A stretch of 64,000 bases of DNA from positions 32,001-96,000 of IMG/VR virus record IMGVR_UViG_2563367078_000003. One strand, 5' to 3'. Each line of letters starts with the position of its first letter. The first letter of the stretch is position 1. A program made the position numbers and the translations under genes. The notes beneath the pieces were generated by a model. It was not told the DNA's origin, made no database searches, and worked only from the letters and a program-made list of their open reading frames with translations. This document shows positions 8,724 to 18,258 of this stretch, one piece after another. The stretch is from a virus. Lineage: Duplodnaviria > Caudoviricetes.

Positions 8724-9026
8724 TCAGAGGTACCGAGCGGGATCCGGGTTGACGGGGAAGAGAAGCAGGCCGTGACCGTCTCGGGTCCACCATTCCTTTT
8801 CCATTCCCTCGCCTTCCAGAGTCCACTCGTCCTCGCCGACCGCTTGCTTCACTTCTTTGGGGTGGGTGACGATCGCGAGGGTTTCCTCGTCCTTGACCCA
8901 CAGCCAGAGCTGGTTGACGCGGCGGATGTACCGGTATGGCCGGTTGTATCTGTACAAAGCGTTGTGCGGCGGCTCGTCATCCGGAAAGTCGTCGAAACGC
9001 TTCAGCACCGCGTCGGAGAGGTTCAC
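8724..9026 (-). CDS. hypothetical protein
   Basis: ORF in the operon. Confidence 0.6.
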   Translation of the reverse strand: MNLSDAVLKRFDDFPDDEPPHNALYRYNRPYRYIRRVNQLWLWVKDEETLAIVTHPKEVKQAVGEDEWTLEGEGMEKEWWTRDGHGLLLFPVNPDPARYL

Positions 9027-9196
9027 TTGCCACCGTCGAGTTGGCGGATCATCGCGTTGACCAGACCGGCGGACACCATCGCTTCTCGGGCTTCGTCGTG
9101 ATGCCCATCGATATGCAGGTCCGCGACGACGTCGAGAAGTGTGTTGCGCGCGGTGATCAGCGTGTTTTTATCGCGATTCGATTTGAACATCAGAGG

Positions 9197-9388
9197 TCAT
9201 CCTTTTCGGCAGCCGAGCCGCATGCACCAATCGCGGGTGTGACTGAAGGTGTATTCGCATTTGAAGTCGTTCAGCAGGTCTATTCGCTTGCCGATCTTGC
9301 GACGCTTGGGTTCGTCGTTCATTGATTCGGCGATGTCGTGCAGTGCGTGCAGCTGATCTAAGGTCATTTTCGACAGATCGAAGTCCAT
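9197..9388 (-). CDS. hypothetical protein
   Basis: ORF in the operon. Confidence 0.6.
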   Translation of the reverse strand: MDFDLSKMTLDQLHALHDIAESMNDEPKRRKIGKRIDLLNDFKCEYTFSHTRDWCMRLGCRKG

Positions 9389-9391
9389 CGG

Positions 9392-9991
9392 CTACGACCA
9401 GAGTTGAGGCATGATGTCGACAAAGTCGTGCCGCGCCTGCTGGATTCGCCGATGGTGTTCGGTCTCGCGCTCGCGGTAGGCGGCAAACACGGCTTTCTTT
9501 TCCGGAGGAGACGGTTTCAGTAATGCACCACCGCCAGGCAGCGGCTCGAGTTCGTCTTCCAGCGTCCACCCCGGCGGATGCAGGATCGCCATCTCTTCGT
9601 CGGTAAATCGGGGTCCGGGCTCACCCAGCCGGTCGATCAGGTCTTGGTATTTCGCGAATCGCTCGGGGTCGCAGTAGCACACCGAATATGATTGGTGGTA
9701 TTTGAGTGATGCAATCGCGATGTCGTTGAAACTGGAATCGAACTCGTCGAGAATCCAACCCAGCGAATAGTCCGGGCAGCCGGTCAGTTCGACATACGAC
9801 TTGCCGGGTGTGTCGATGTCGACGCTGAACTTCCAGATCCTGATCCGGAGGGAATGTCCTTCGATGCGGTTACGCGAGTATTTCCACCATTTGTCGAGCG
9901 TCCTGCCGTACTTGTCGATGCTGATCGAACCGAACCGGGTGTAGGCCGCGATGTAGTCCGAGCGCTTCTCGACGCTGATCCACTTCTTCAT
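9392..9991 (-). CDS. hypothetical protein
   Basis: MKKWISVE... 199 aa. Confidence 0.65.
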   Translation of the reverse strand: MKKWISVEKRSDYIAAYTRFGSISIDKYGRTLDKWWKYSRNRIEGHSLRIRIWKFSVDIDTPGKSYVELTGCPDYSLGWILDEFDSSFNDIAIASLKYHQSYSVCYCDPERFAKYQDLIDRLGEPGPRFTDEEMAILHPPGWTLEDELEPLPGGGALLKPSPPEKKAVFAAYRERETEHHRRIQQARHDFVDIMPQLWS

Positions 9992-10175
9992 CCGGAATTT
10001 TTCCCCTGTCATGTGACGGAAAGGTAGGCGTCGAACAATTCGAAGGCGACATTCCTGGCGACCTCCGGCGTGAACCACAGCTCTGTAATCTCGCCCTGCT
10101 CGTCCGGCATGCTCACCGAAATCAACGTCTCGCTGGCACCGTCTGCCGACTTGAAGGTTTCGACATACTTGCTCA

Positions 10176-10451
10176 TCAGATGTCCGCCTTGGTCTTGACG
10201 CTGAAGGTGATCACCGCGTCGAGAATCAGCGCGTACTGCGCCAGCTCGGTCAGCGACGGGTTGTAGTCGATGCTCTCGATCTGGCGGATGTACCACTCGC
10301 TGACACCCATCAACTCCGCCGCGTCCTGCTGAGACAACCCTCGCTGTTCGCGGACGCTGATGAGCCGAGCGCGGAGGTTGATCTGCTCTCCGGCGGAACG
10401 CTTCGCCAGCGCGGACTTGCGGCTGAACGCTTCCTGGACCTTCGACAGCAT
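10176..10451 (-). CDS. XRE-family HTH protein
   Basis: LISVREQRGLSQQDAAELMGVSEWYIRQIES...NPSL. Confidence 0.85.
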   Translation of the reverse strand: MLSKVQEAFSRKSALAKRSAGEQINLRARLISVREQRGLSQQDAAELMGVSEWYIRQIESIDYNPSLTELAQYALILDAVITFSVKTKADI

Positions 10452-10810
10452 CACGCACCCACGCCTTCGTATGGATCCGCCATCTTGACCGCGCGGCCCC
10501 ACGGGTAGCAGTCGTCCTGAAGGTTCTGCACCGTCTGGAACCACTCGATCTGCGGGGTTTTCTCGAAGCCGTGGTCCGCCAGCAGCGCGGTAATCGATGT
10601 GTCGCTGCCGACGTCCAGCTGTTCCGGATCGACGCCGAGGTTGATCAACGCGACGCCGAACAAGCACGACCCGCACAGGCCGCCGGACAATTTGCGTTTG
10701 ACGTACACGCAACTGGCGTCCGGATAGACGTACTCCGGAGTTTCAGCGGCGAGCCGCCGGATTTCATCTTCCAGGTCGTCGAGATCGATGTCGGAGATGT
10801 TAGTGCTCAT
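10451..10810 (-). CDS. hypothetical protein
   Basis: coupled ORF. Confidence 0.7.
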   Translation of the reverse strand: MSTNISDIDLDDLEDEIRRLAAETPEYVYPDASCVYVKRKLSGGLCGSCLFGVALINLGVDPEQLDVGSDTSITALLADHGFEKTPQIEWFQTVQNLQDDCYPWGRAVKMADPYEGVGA

Positions 10811-11012
10811 CGCAGATTGCCTCGTCGTCGCAGTTGTAGCAGAGTTGGACGTTTTTGATTCGGGCCACCGACAGGAAAGAGTGGTTGGCGCTGGTGGCGT
10901 GGATGCCGAGGTCGATTTCGGCGGCTTCGCGGGTTCGATGGGTGCTGAGGATCGCGGCGACTTCGATATCGGGGTTGTCGGCTACCACGGCCCACTCCGG
11001 GAACATCAACAT
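10800..11012 (-). CDS. hypothetical protein
   Basis: overlapping ORF in the operon. Confidence 0.55.
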   Translation of the reverse strand: MLMFPEWAVVADNPDIEVAAILSTHRTREAAEIDLGIHATSANHSFLSVARIKNVQLCYNCDDEAICDEH

Positions 11013-11320
11013 GCTTCGGCCTGCACCTTCTTGTATTCTTCGCGGAATTCGCGCTTGCTGACGATGGTGAAATCGCGGTAGCCCTTGATGACGATGTAGT
11101 GGCCGACCCGGACTTCGATTTCATCCCAGAGTTCGGTGAAGATGAAAAGCCTCGGCAGGCCATACTCCTCTTTGCGATCGAATTCTTGCTCGTCGTCATT
11201 CCACCTGAAGCTGATTCCGTTCGCGGCGAGCCAGAGCGCGGTTTTCCTCATTCGCTCCCAGGTCGGTCCCCACATCTCCGCTTTGACGACCATTTCTCCG
11301 CGCAGGTAATCTTCCATCAT
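11006..11320 (-). CDS. hypothetical protein
   Basis: coupled ORF. Confidence 0.7.
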   Translation of the reverse strand: MMEDYLRGEMVVKAEMWGPTWERMRKTALWLAANGISFRWNDDEQEFDRKEEYGLPRLFIFTELWDEIEVRVGHYIVIKGYRDFTIVSKREFREEYKKVQAEAC

Positions 11321-11613
11321 TCGAAAACCTCCGGCATCCTCTTCGACTTCTTCTGCTCCAGCTTGGCGGCGATTTCCGGATAACCTTTGCGCAGCTCCGC
11401 GACCGATATCCGGCTCTCCTCGCGGGTCGTCCAGGACATGACCGGCTTACCGTCGATCACCAGCGCGTCCGCGTCATCGAAGCTCTGGCCGACGCGATCC
11501 TGGATCTCCTGCCAGTAGTCGTCCTTGATCCCTTTCCACTTCTTTTCCTGCGCCGCCGCGTGCTTCCACTCTTCGTAGGGGTGTTTCGCGTCGGAGATGT
11601 CGATGTGTTTCAT
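11317..11613 (-). CDS. hypothetical protein (resembles the C-terminal region of YqaJ-type phage proteins)
   Basis: DGKPVMSWTT...RISVAELRKGYPEI. Confidence 0.6.
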   Translation of the reverse strand: MKHIDISDAKHPYEEWKHAAAQEKKWKGIKDDYWQEIQDRVGQSFDDADALVIDGKPVMSWTTREESRISVAELRKGYPEIAAKLEQKKSKRMPEVFE

Positions 11614-11948
11614 GCTGCCCCCTTCGACAGTTCTTTCTGAGCGTCGGCGATTCCAGCTCGGGCCGCGATTCCGAGGAGTTGCGCGCGGTGTTGTTCGTTC
11701 CTCTGGAGCTTCACCGGGATTCCCGCCATTACCCATCCGACGATCCGGTATCGGTATGCATACCAAGCACATTCGGCGAACACCGGGCATTTCTGGCAGA
11801 GTTGTGCAGCGGCTTGCCGTCGATTGGCTACCAGGAGTGGTGACGGCAGATTGTCGATGTCGTAATCCTCGGTCGGCCGACCTTTGCATTTCGCTCGGTC
11901 CATCCATGGTTCGAGACCGATGCGGAATTCGTCGTCGAGTGGGATCAT
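11610..11948 (-). CDS. whiB: WhiB-family transcription factor
   Basis: WMDRAKC...AAQLCQKCPVFAEC..YA...GWVMAG: four Cys plus a G-rich turn. Confidence 0.8.
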   Translation of the reverse strand: MIPLDDEFRIGLEPWMDRAKCKGRPTEDYDIDNLPSPLLVANRRQAAAQLCQKCPVFAECAWYAYRYRIVGWVMAGIPVKLQRNEQHRAQLLGIAARAGIADAQKELSKGAA

Positions 11949-12057
11949 CCTGCGGCACCGGCGATTGCTCCCCCGGCTGTTGTTGTTCTGCGCCGTGTAA
12001 GAGGCATGCGGGTACCCACTTTCGTATTGCTGATTGTGTTGAAGTGGCTCGAGGTCG

Positions 12058-12456
12058 CTACGCCGCGCTGGCCTTCGACCCCGGCTTGTATGCGTCGATC
12101 AGATGTTCGATCGCGGTCACCAGGTTGGTGGTGGGCTTCCGCTTGAAACTTTCGAGCAAACGTTCGAGGGCCGCGACCAGATCGGCGACCGGCCGCTGCT
12201 CGAACGTGTCGATCAAATGTTCAATCGCGGCAGTGAGTTCAGGGCTCGGCTTCCGCTTCCCGTTTTCGATCATGGAAAGGTGTTCAGGCGTCCAAGTCCG
12301 ACTGGCCGGTCCGAAAATTTGCTGTGAAAACTCTTCGAGGCTCAGCCCCATCCAGTTCTTGCGGATCTTCGTCAGCCTGACCCCGAGAGTGAGGGGGGCG
12401 GTGACCGGCCTGGCTGCGTCGCGTCGTGCCTGGCTGAGGTCCGGTGTGGTAGCCAT
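12058..12456 (-). CDS. Cro-like XRE HTH protein with duplicated C-terminal segment
   Basis: IRKNWMGLSLEEFS...LSMIENGKRKP; first gene of the leftward operon. Confidence 0.75.
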   Translation of the reverse strand: MATTPDLSQARRDAARPVTAPLTLGVRLTKIRKNWMGLSLEEFSQQIFGPASRTWTPEHLSMIENGKRKPSPELTAAIEHLIDTFEQRPVADLVAALERLLESFKRKPTTNLVTAIEHLIDAYKPGSKASAA

Positions 12457-12628
12457 GCGGTAAAATCTAGCAGGCTTCCCTTTACCGGTCAAAGCAAACG
12501 CGTGGTAAAGATTTTACCGGTAGCTGGACGTGCGCCAAGTTGATGTTGATCCTGGTCAGCGGCCTAAATGTGCCAGATTTGACGTCTCGACTGGTCAAGC
12601 GGTAGTTAACCAGGGTAGTCTGATTTTT

Positions 12629-13114
12629 ATGACACCCGTTTACCACCCGAGAGCAACCGAGTTGGCTGCCCTTCTTGTGCGCCAGCGGGACGTGTTGGGC
12701 ATCAGCGCGTCGTCGATCGTGGGTCGAGGTGGGCCCACGAAGCCGACCTGCTTGGCGTATGAGGCTGGAAGGATCCCCGTACGAATCAACGACGAAACGC
12801 TGGACAAGATCGACGTCGGCTACAGTCTCGATCCCGGAACGGCCCGCGCCATCCTGGAACCGGACACCTCCTTCCTGGCCGACCTCGAAACCATCGTCAG
12901 GAACCACCTCGAAGCGGGCGAGAGGGCGATCCAGCGTCTCAGCGAGACGAGCGAGAACGGCGAAGGCAAGGAGCGTGCGGACGACTGGCTCAGAGCCAAC
13001 GCGATACTTCAGATGCTTCTCGACAGCAGGCGACATCAGACCGAACATCGAGAAACCCCCGCCGCGACCTCGCTACCGGGGGTTTCTCTCGTTAAGGGGA
13101 ATAAACAGGATTAA
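12629..13114 (+). CDS. putative immunity repressor (XRE-like HTH)
   Basis: divergent from the cro-like gene; RQRDVLGIS...GGPTKPT..YEAGR...TLDKID..YSLDPGT. Confidence 0.6.
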   Translation: MTPVYHPRATELAALLVRQRDVLGISASSIVGRGGPTKPTCLAYEAGRIPVRINDETLDKIDVGYSLDPGTARAILEPDTSFLADLETIVRNHLEAGERAIQRLSETSENGEGKERADDWLRANAILQMLLDSRRHQTEHRETPAATSLPGVSLVKGNKQD

Positions 13115-13347
13115 GAGGAAGTTTCCGCCAGCGCCTGCAAGCACTCCCGCATCTCGAGCCGATCTATGCGCAGCCTTCGCACCAGTTCCGCGACTAGCGA
13201 TTCGTTCGAAGCCGTGCACAGCGCCTCCTCCTCGCTTCCCCGGGGATAGAACAGATGTTCGATTGAGTACGAACCTACCAGGATCGAGTCGATGATGCCA
13301 GGGGGCCATTCGAGCGTGGATTCTAACGATCCGGAGACGGTACACGA

Positions 13348-13383
13348 AAGCCCCCCAAGACCTCGAAAGATCTTGGGGGGCTT
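13348..13383. terminator. intrinsic terminator hairpin
   Basis: AAGCCCCCCAAGA/TCTTGGGGGGCTT directly after the DUF397 gene. Confidence 0.7.
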
Positions 13384-13393
13384 GGTGTTTCGG

Positions 13394-13603
13394 TTAGGCG
13401 GGCCTGCGGATCTCCCCGTCTCGGACACCGGCCTCGAATGCATCCCACTCTTTCGGGGTGAAGACGAGAGCCGGGCCACCGGGGTTCTTGGAGTCGCGGA
13501 CTCCGACATGGCCTTCGGCCAGCCACGCGACCTCGACGCACGCGCTTGTCTCGCGGCTCCTGCTAGATTTGAACCACTGCGCATCGGTCACGCTGATGCT
13601 CAC
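13394..13603 (-). CDS. DUF397 protein
   Basis: WFKSSRS....CVEVA...VGVRDSKNPGGPALVFTPKEWDAF. Confidence 0.95.
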   Translation of the reverse strand: MSISVTDAQWFKSSRSRETSACVEVAWLAEGHVGVRDSKNPGGPALVFTPKEWDAFEAGVRDGEIRRPA

Positions 13604-14484
13604 CGGGCATACTCCTTCGCTACTTTCGCGACCAAGTCTCTGGTCTCTGATGGTGCCAACGCTACACGGGAGATGCGTTCGACGGCATTCCGGTACTGCG
13701 CCAGTTCCACTTCCCGCTCCAGGAAGAGATCGCCTGTGTACTCCTCCACGTAGACGACCGGCGGAACGCCCAACCGGGATTCGGCGAGCGTGGGGAACGT
13801 CAGGAGAACGAAGGGACCGCTCAGTAAGCCGACAGGGTTGGGCGTTCCGAATGGTACGACACGGATGCAGTTTCCAGGCAGTTCAGAGATCTCCGCGAGC
13901 CTGACGAGCTGTTTCTCCATGACAGCACCGCCTCCGAGTTGATTACGGAGAACCGCCTCGCCGATGATCACATCGAGCTGGAATTCAGGCTCCTCAAGGC
14001 GCTTCTGCCGTTGCTCGGCCAGACTTACTCGTTGTTCGACCTCTTCGTGGGTCCAGGTCGGGTTTTCTGCCCACGCGATCTCACGCCGATAGTCCCGCGT
14101 TTGGAGCAATCCAGGGACCAGGCTTGTGGCCCACATCGTCACCGAATCTGCTGCGTCCTCCAGGCTGATGTAGTGACTGAAGTCTCCTGAGATCGCATCC
14201 GCGTACGCACGCCACCAACTCCCGCCGGACTTCGAAGCCTCCAGTGACTCGGCCGTGAGTGCGAGCAGCATTCGACGCTCCTGGTCACTGCATTCGTATG
14301 CGTCTGCCAGCGCGTTGATCACCAGGTTTGTGACCTTGGTCTTCACGCCGTCTTCGAGACGCCTCATCGTCGGCGGTGAGTACTCAGCCACCTTCGCTGC
14401 AGCGGAGATTGTCATCTTTGCCCGTTTCCGCAGCTCTGCAAGCTCCCGGCCGAGCGTCCTGCTTGCCGATGTCGGTCCAGCCAT
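13600..14484 (-). CDS. XRE HTH-DUF5753 regulator
   Basis: LGRELAELRKRA...; WW..Y; VPGLLQTRDY; IIGEAVLR; VYVE. Confidence 0.9.
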   Translation of the reverse strand: MAGPTSASRTLGRELAELRKRAKMTISAAAKVAEYSPPTMRRLEDGVKTKVTNLVINALADAYECSDQERRMLLALTAESLEASKSGGSWWRAYADAISGDFSHYISLEDAADSVTMWATSLVPGLLQTRDYRREIAWAENPTWTHEEVEQRVSLAEQRQKRLEEPEFQLDVIIGEAVLRNQLGGGAVMEKQLVRLAEISELPGNCIRVVPFGTPNPVGLLSGPFVLLTFPTLAESRLGVPPVVYVEEYTGDLFLEREVELAQYRNAVERISRVALAPSETRDLVAKVAKEYAR

Positions 14485-14646
14485 GATCCTTAGCCTCGCT
14501 ATCGAAGGGCCTGAAATTTGAAAGCGTTCACCATGAAAGTCTGACACATTCTAGGCGGATAGGCCAGTTTGACTCTTTCAAAATTCTCCAATCGGGTGTC
14601 TACTTAGAGCCACAACCACACACACCCCAATCCACTGGGAGTCACC

Positions 14647-14826
14647 ATGACAGCCGCCGCGATGCTCGACCACCACGCCAGACGCTGGATGACGGATCCG
14701 CTGGCAAGGACCATCCTGACGGATCATGCCGACTGCCTGATGATCCCGGATTTGTGTGCTTGCACGCGCCAGGCGATCGACTACCTGAAGCGGCACGGCG
14801 TCGCGATCCCTGCCGTGAAGGGCTGA
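14647..14826 (+). CDS. small His/Cys protein, paralog 1
   Basis: MTDPLARTILTDHADCLMIPDLCACTRQAIDYLKRHG; RBS GGGAG; below the ORF-track cutoff. Confidence 0.65.
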   Translation: MTAAAMLDHHARRWMTDPLARTILTDHADCLMIPDLCACTRQAIDYLKRHGVAIPAVKG

Positions 14827-14827
14827 G

Positions 14828-15013
14828 ATGACAACCGCGACGCTCGAACTCGACCACACGAACATTCCGAACATGACGACGGCGACCGCGTTCCGAGTCA
14901 GGCGGGAGCACGTCTACTGCTCTCGGTCGTGGTGCGCGCGGAAGCAGCAGGCGATGTCGCTCCTCGCAGACGAAGGGCGCATGAAATTCGACTTCGACCG
15001 GCGGTGGCGCTGA
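14828..15013 (+). CDS. small His/Cys protein, paralog 2
   Basis: MTTATAFRVRREHVYCSRSWCARKQQAMSLLADEGR. Confidence 0.7.
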   Translation: MTTATLELDHTNIPNMTTATAFRVRREHVYCSRSWCARKQQAMSLLADEGRMKFDFDRRWR

Positions 15014-15015
15014 CC

Positions 15016-15264
15016 ATGACCGAGGATGTCGATCTTCTTCATCAGATGCCGACGCGCGAGATGTCTGCACACGACATGCACGTCGAACTCCACAAGAAGT
15101 GTCACCGGCAGTGCTTCCTGACGACGTGCCGCATGAAACAGCACTGCTGGCAGGGCCTTCGGGAGATGAAGCACAACCCGGACAACCCCAAGAAGTGCGA
15201 GGCGTGCTTGGTTGGCGACTACGGCCGTCACGACTACCTCGCAGCGGTGAGGATCGGCAAATGA
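15016..15264 (+). CDS. small His/Cys protein, paralog 3
   Basis: MSAHDMHVEL...HRQCFLTTCRMKQHCWQGL...CEAC. Confidence 0.7.
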   Translation: MTEDVDLLHQMPTREMSAHDMHVELHKKCHRQCFLTTCRMKQHCWQGLREMKHNPDNPKKCEACLVGDYGRHDYLAAVRIGK

Positions 15265-15479
15265 CCGCGCAAGAAAATCCCGTCTACTGCCAACTCCCCA
15301 AGCGGTACATGTCCCCGGCGGAGATGCACAAAGAGCTGACCTACCGTCACGGGAGCTGCACAACCCTCGTCTGCGAGATGAAGCTGCACTGCTGGGAGGA
15401 ATTGAAGAGACAGGGTCACGCGCCAGGGCCTGTTCGTCATTGCATGAAGTGCCGGAACAACAGCGAAGGGGAGGAATGA
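15261..15479 (+). CDS. small His/Cys protein, paralog 4
   Basis: MSPAEMHKEL..RHGSCTTLVCEMKLHCWEEL...CMKC. Confidence 0.7.
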   Translation: MTAQENPVYCQLPKRYMSPAEMHKELTYRHGSCTTLVCEMKLHCWEELKRQGHAPGPVRHCMKCRNNSEGEE

Positions 15480-15664
15480 CTCCGGAACGACCTTGGTCTC
15501 AACACGTCGAGGGTATGATCAGCCGCGCGAGTAAAGCCGGTTACCTGCTGGAATACCGTGGTGAACCGGACTTCGGCTGGAACTTCAAGCGCGACGGCAA
15601 AATGATCCTCGCAAACGTCGATACGACAACTGTCGAGATCGAAATGCAAAAGCTCGGCATCTAA
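15476..15664 (+). CDS. hypothetical protein
   Basis: ATGA-coupled ORF. Confidence 0.6.
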   Translation: MTPERPWSQHVEGMISRASKAGYLLEYRGEPDFGWNFKRDGKMILANVDTTTVEIEMQKLGI

Positions 15665-15730
15665 GCCACACCGAATTCGAAACACACCACAACTCTGCCC
15701 TTTTCACGGGGCACCAACAAAGGAACACGA

Positions 15731-16129
15731 GTGAAGAACAAGATTGTCGCCGGATCGCTGGCGCTGGGCATCATCGGCCTCGGCGCGGGGACGGCTCACG
15801 CTGGCACTCCCGAGCAGAACACCCAGGCCATGAATACTTTCAGTGCCACTGTCGGCGTAGCGACCACCACCGGAGCGCTCGTCGGGACCGGCCTCGGGGC
15901 AGTCGCTGGATGCATCATCGGCGGCGTAGTCACCAGTCCCACAGTCGTTTTCGTTCCGCTGGGGTGCCTGACCACCGGTGCCCTCGGAGCCAGCATCGGC
16001 GGCGTCGCCGGAACTCTGATCGTCGGCGGTCCGACTGCGGTGATCGCTGGCGTTCAGATGGTCGAGGTTTTGATCGCTCCTGCAACCCCGGCCCCGCCGA
16101 TGAAGGCGGTCGGAGCCCCGCTCACCTAA
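15731..16129 (+). CDS. secreted glycine-zipper membrane protein
   Basis: signal peptide ending AHA; GxxxG repeats with two Cys. Confidence 0.75.
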   Translation: MKNKIVAGSLALGIIGLGAGTAHAGTPEQNTQAMNTFSATVGVATTTGALVGTGLGAVAGCIIGGVVTSPTVVFVPLGCLTTGALGASIGGVAGTLIVGGPTAVIAGVQMVEVLIAPATPAPPMKAVGAPLT

Positions 16130-16148
16130 CCGCGAAAGGCTGAGGCGA

Positions 16149-16418
16149 ATGCCGTTCATGGCAACCGAGGCGAAACTTCTTGCCGCACTGCTTCACGCGG
16201 GGATCGGGCAGACCATCCCTCAGCTCAGAACCAAGACCGGCATCTCTGCGAGCACGATCGGATTGAAACTTCGGCAACTCGCGTATCAGGACATGGTCTA
16301 CAAAGACCTCGCAGGCTGGCAGCTCAGTTTGCGAGGACGGCGGGCTATTTCGGCCCCCCGGTATCACGACATCGTCGCCGGACTTCGGCCTGAGCGGCAC
16401 AACCTCGAAAGGAATTGA
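16149..16418 (+). CDS. winged-helix DNA-binding protein
   Basis: TIPQLRTKTGISASTIGLKLRQL...WQLSLRGR. Confidence 0.6.
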   Translation: MPFMATEAKLLAALLHAGIGQTIPQLRTKTGISASTIGLKLRQLAYQDMVYKDLAGWQLSLRGRRAISAPRYHDIVAGLRPERHNLERN

Positions 16419-16703
16419 TCGAATGCTTGGAATCGCAGCGCCTGGGGAATCCGGTAACGCCGAGGACAACATCAACTACAACACCGACCCCCGGCTGGAT
16501 AAAGGCGGCGACGACGGCCCCCGGCAGGGACTCCGCGTCGGCGTGAAGCTCTGACACTTCATTGAAAATCTTCCCTGGCCTACCCCTCATCGGGCCGGGG
16601 AACGCGACAGGGCTCCGAGGTATTTCTCCTTTCGGAAGTCGAGGAGCAAAAGAGTACCGGGGACAATCGGAGCCCTGTCGCACCCAATCGAAAAGCACAC
16701 GAA

Positions 16704-16958
16704 ATGGATTACGCTGATATGGAAGCCTGGCTGATTGTATTAGGCATTGGGTTCGTTGTTGCGACCGTGGGATGGATGTTGTTCTGGCTGGATGCCCGAT
16801 ATGAAGCTGAACTCGAACACGAATTCGAACTCGGGCTGTACTACTCCTCGAATGCCGCAGAACTGATGGACCTCGCCAAGGAGCTGCCGCAGGTCCCCGT
16901 CGAGCCCACCTACACAGATCAGTACGGCGATGTGCGATACGCGGGCGTGCTGCGGTGA
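16704..16958 (+). CDS. small membrane protein
   Basis: N-terminal transmembrane helix. Confidence 0.65.
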   Translation: MDYADMEAWLIVLGIGFVVATVGWMLFWLDARYEAELEHEFELGLYYSSNAAELMDLAKELPQVPVEPTYTDQYGDVRYAGVLR

Positions 16959-17239
16959 GTACGGCTGAGCAAACCGAACCGCCCGCCGCGCTCCAGGCGT
17001 CAAATCCGTCGCAGTTCGTGGCAGCCGTCAGGCGCGATCCGTCATGGTATCTCGTTCACGGGGGTTCGACGGGTTCCAAGCTTCGCCCGCGCGTGATCGT
17101 TGCGTTCTGCGGGCTCAGGGGCGGTCCGTGCAGCGCGGCGATATTCGAAGGCGGCAAGGTCGAAGTCCGGGATTTCGAAGGCGACTGGCTCGGCCGTCTG
17201 AATTACGTCGATCACCGGATGAGACACGCAAAACTCTGA
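16955..17239 (+). CDS. hypothetical protein
   Basis: GTGA-coupled ORF. Confidence 0.6.
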   Translation: MSTAEQTEPPAALQASNPSQFVAAVRRDPSWYLVHGGSTGSKLRPRVIVAFCGLRGGPCSAAIFEGGKVEVRDFEGDWLGRLNYVDHRMRHAKL

Positions 17240-17706
17240 CGCGTGCGACCGATCAGAGTTTTGCGTGTCTGGGTACCGCCCGGCATAAATCGCAGCTCGT
17301 TGCATACCTTGCCGAACATCCGCATCCTACCAAAGGTTGACCGAATTGAACAACGACCTCGTTCTCAGGCTGGCCCACTCCTACGACGGCAGCTCGCCTG
17401 AATTCACCCGTCTCGCAAACCTTTTCGCGACGAGCGCGTTAACCGCCGAAGAACTCCGCGCCGCTGAAGAACAAGGTTGCCGCGTGAACGCGTACTGGCG
17501 CGGGCAGTATATCGGCCAGTTCCCCCCGACCCAATCCCGGCAGAGTATCTGCAAGGAAGTCGCGGTCGCGCACGCTGGATGAAGACTTCCCGGCCGGTTG
17601 ACAGGCGATTACCGGACCGGGAGACGAAAACCCTTGGGACCAGTTACCTCCCCCTGTACGAGGTCCCAAGGGTTTTCTTTCGTGTTCACATCTACAGGAA
17701 TGGAAT

Positions 17707-17952
17707 ATGAGTTCTCGTCTCCTCTGCAACAAGCTCGAACGCGCGTGGATTTCCCAGACGATACAGCTGTACGTTTCCGGGACCGTCGCGTTCATCGCAT
17801 GGCTGTTCTACACGTGGGCGTGCTTGGTTCAATCTCCGGCGTGGGCGGTATGGCGCTCCGTGCTGGGATGCCTTTTCGGACTGGGGACGCTGTGGCTCAC
17901 CTTCGCCGTGCTGCGCCGGAAGCGTACAGAGCGCAAGATCCGGGGTTGGTGA
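17707..17952 (+). CDS. small membrane protein
   Basis: two transmembrane segments. Confidence 0.55.
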   Translation: MSSRLLCNKLERAWISQTIQLYVSGTVAFIAWLFYTWACLVQSPAWAVWRSVLGCLFGLGTLWLTFAVLRRKRTERKIRGW

Positions 17953-18168
17953 CGGCGTGGCACGGATGACTATCGAAATCAACGACCCTCGCCTGGATTT
18001 CGTCGACGGCGTTCAGCGGCTTCAGCAACTGGCGTCCACCTCGGGGCTGGATAAGCTGTCCGGCTGCCACATCTACGGCAGCGTCGACGGCCACGAGGTG
18101 TTCGAAAAGCACCCCACCGGACTCGCGCCGGTCATCCCCTTCCCGACCTATCTCTGCCCATAGAAACA

Positions 18169-18224
18169 CGTCAAGGCCCGCTCTGGTCTAAGTTTTCGAC
18201 ACTTAGATAGAGCGGGCCTTGACG
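18169..18224. terminator. bidirectional terminator hairpin
   Basis: 16-bp perfect arms CGTCAAGGCCCGCTCT/AGAGCGGGCCTTGACG between convergent genes. Confidence 0.75.
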
Positions 18225-18258
18225 GTTTCCCGGAGAGCGATACGTCACGTGATGAAGG

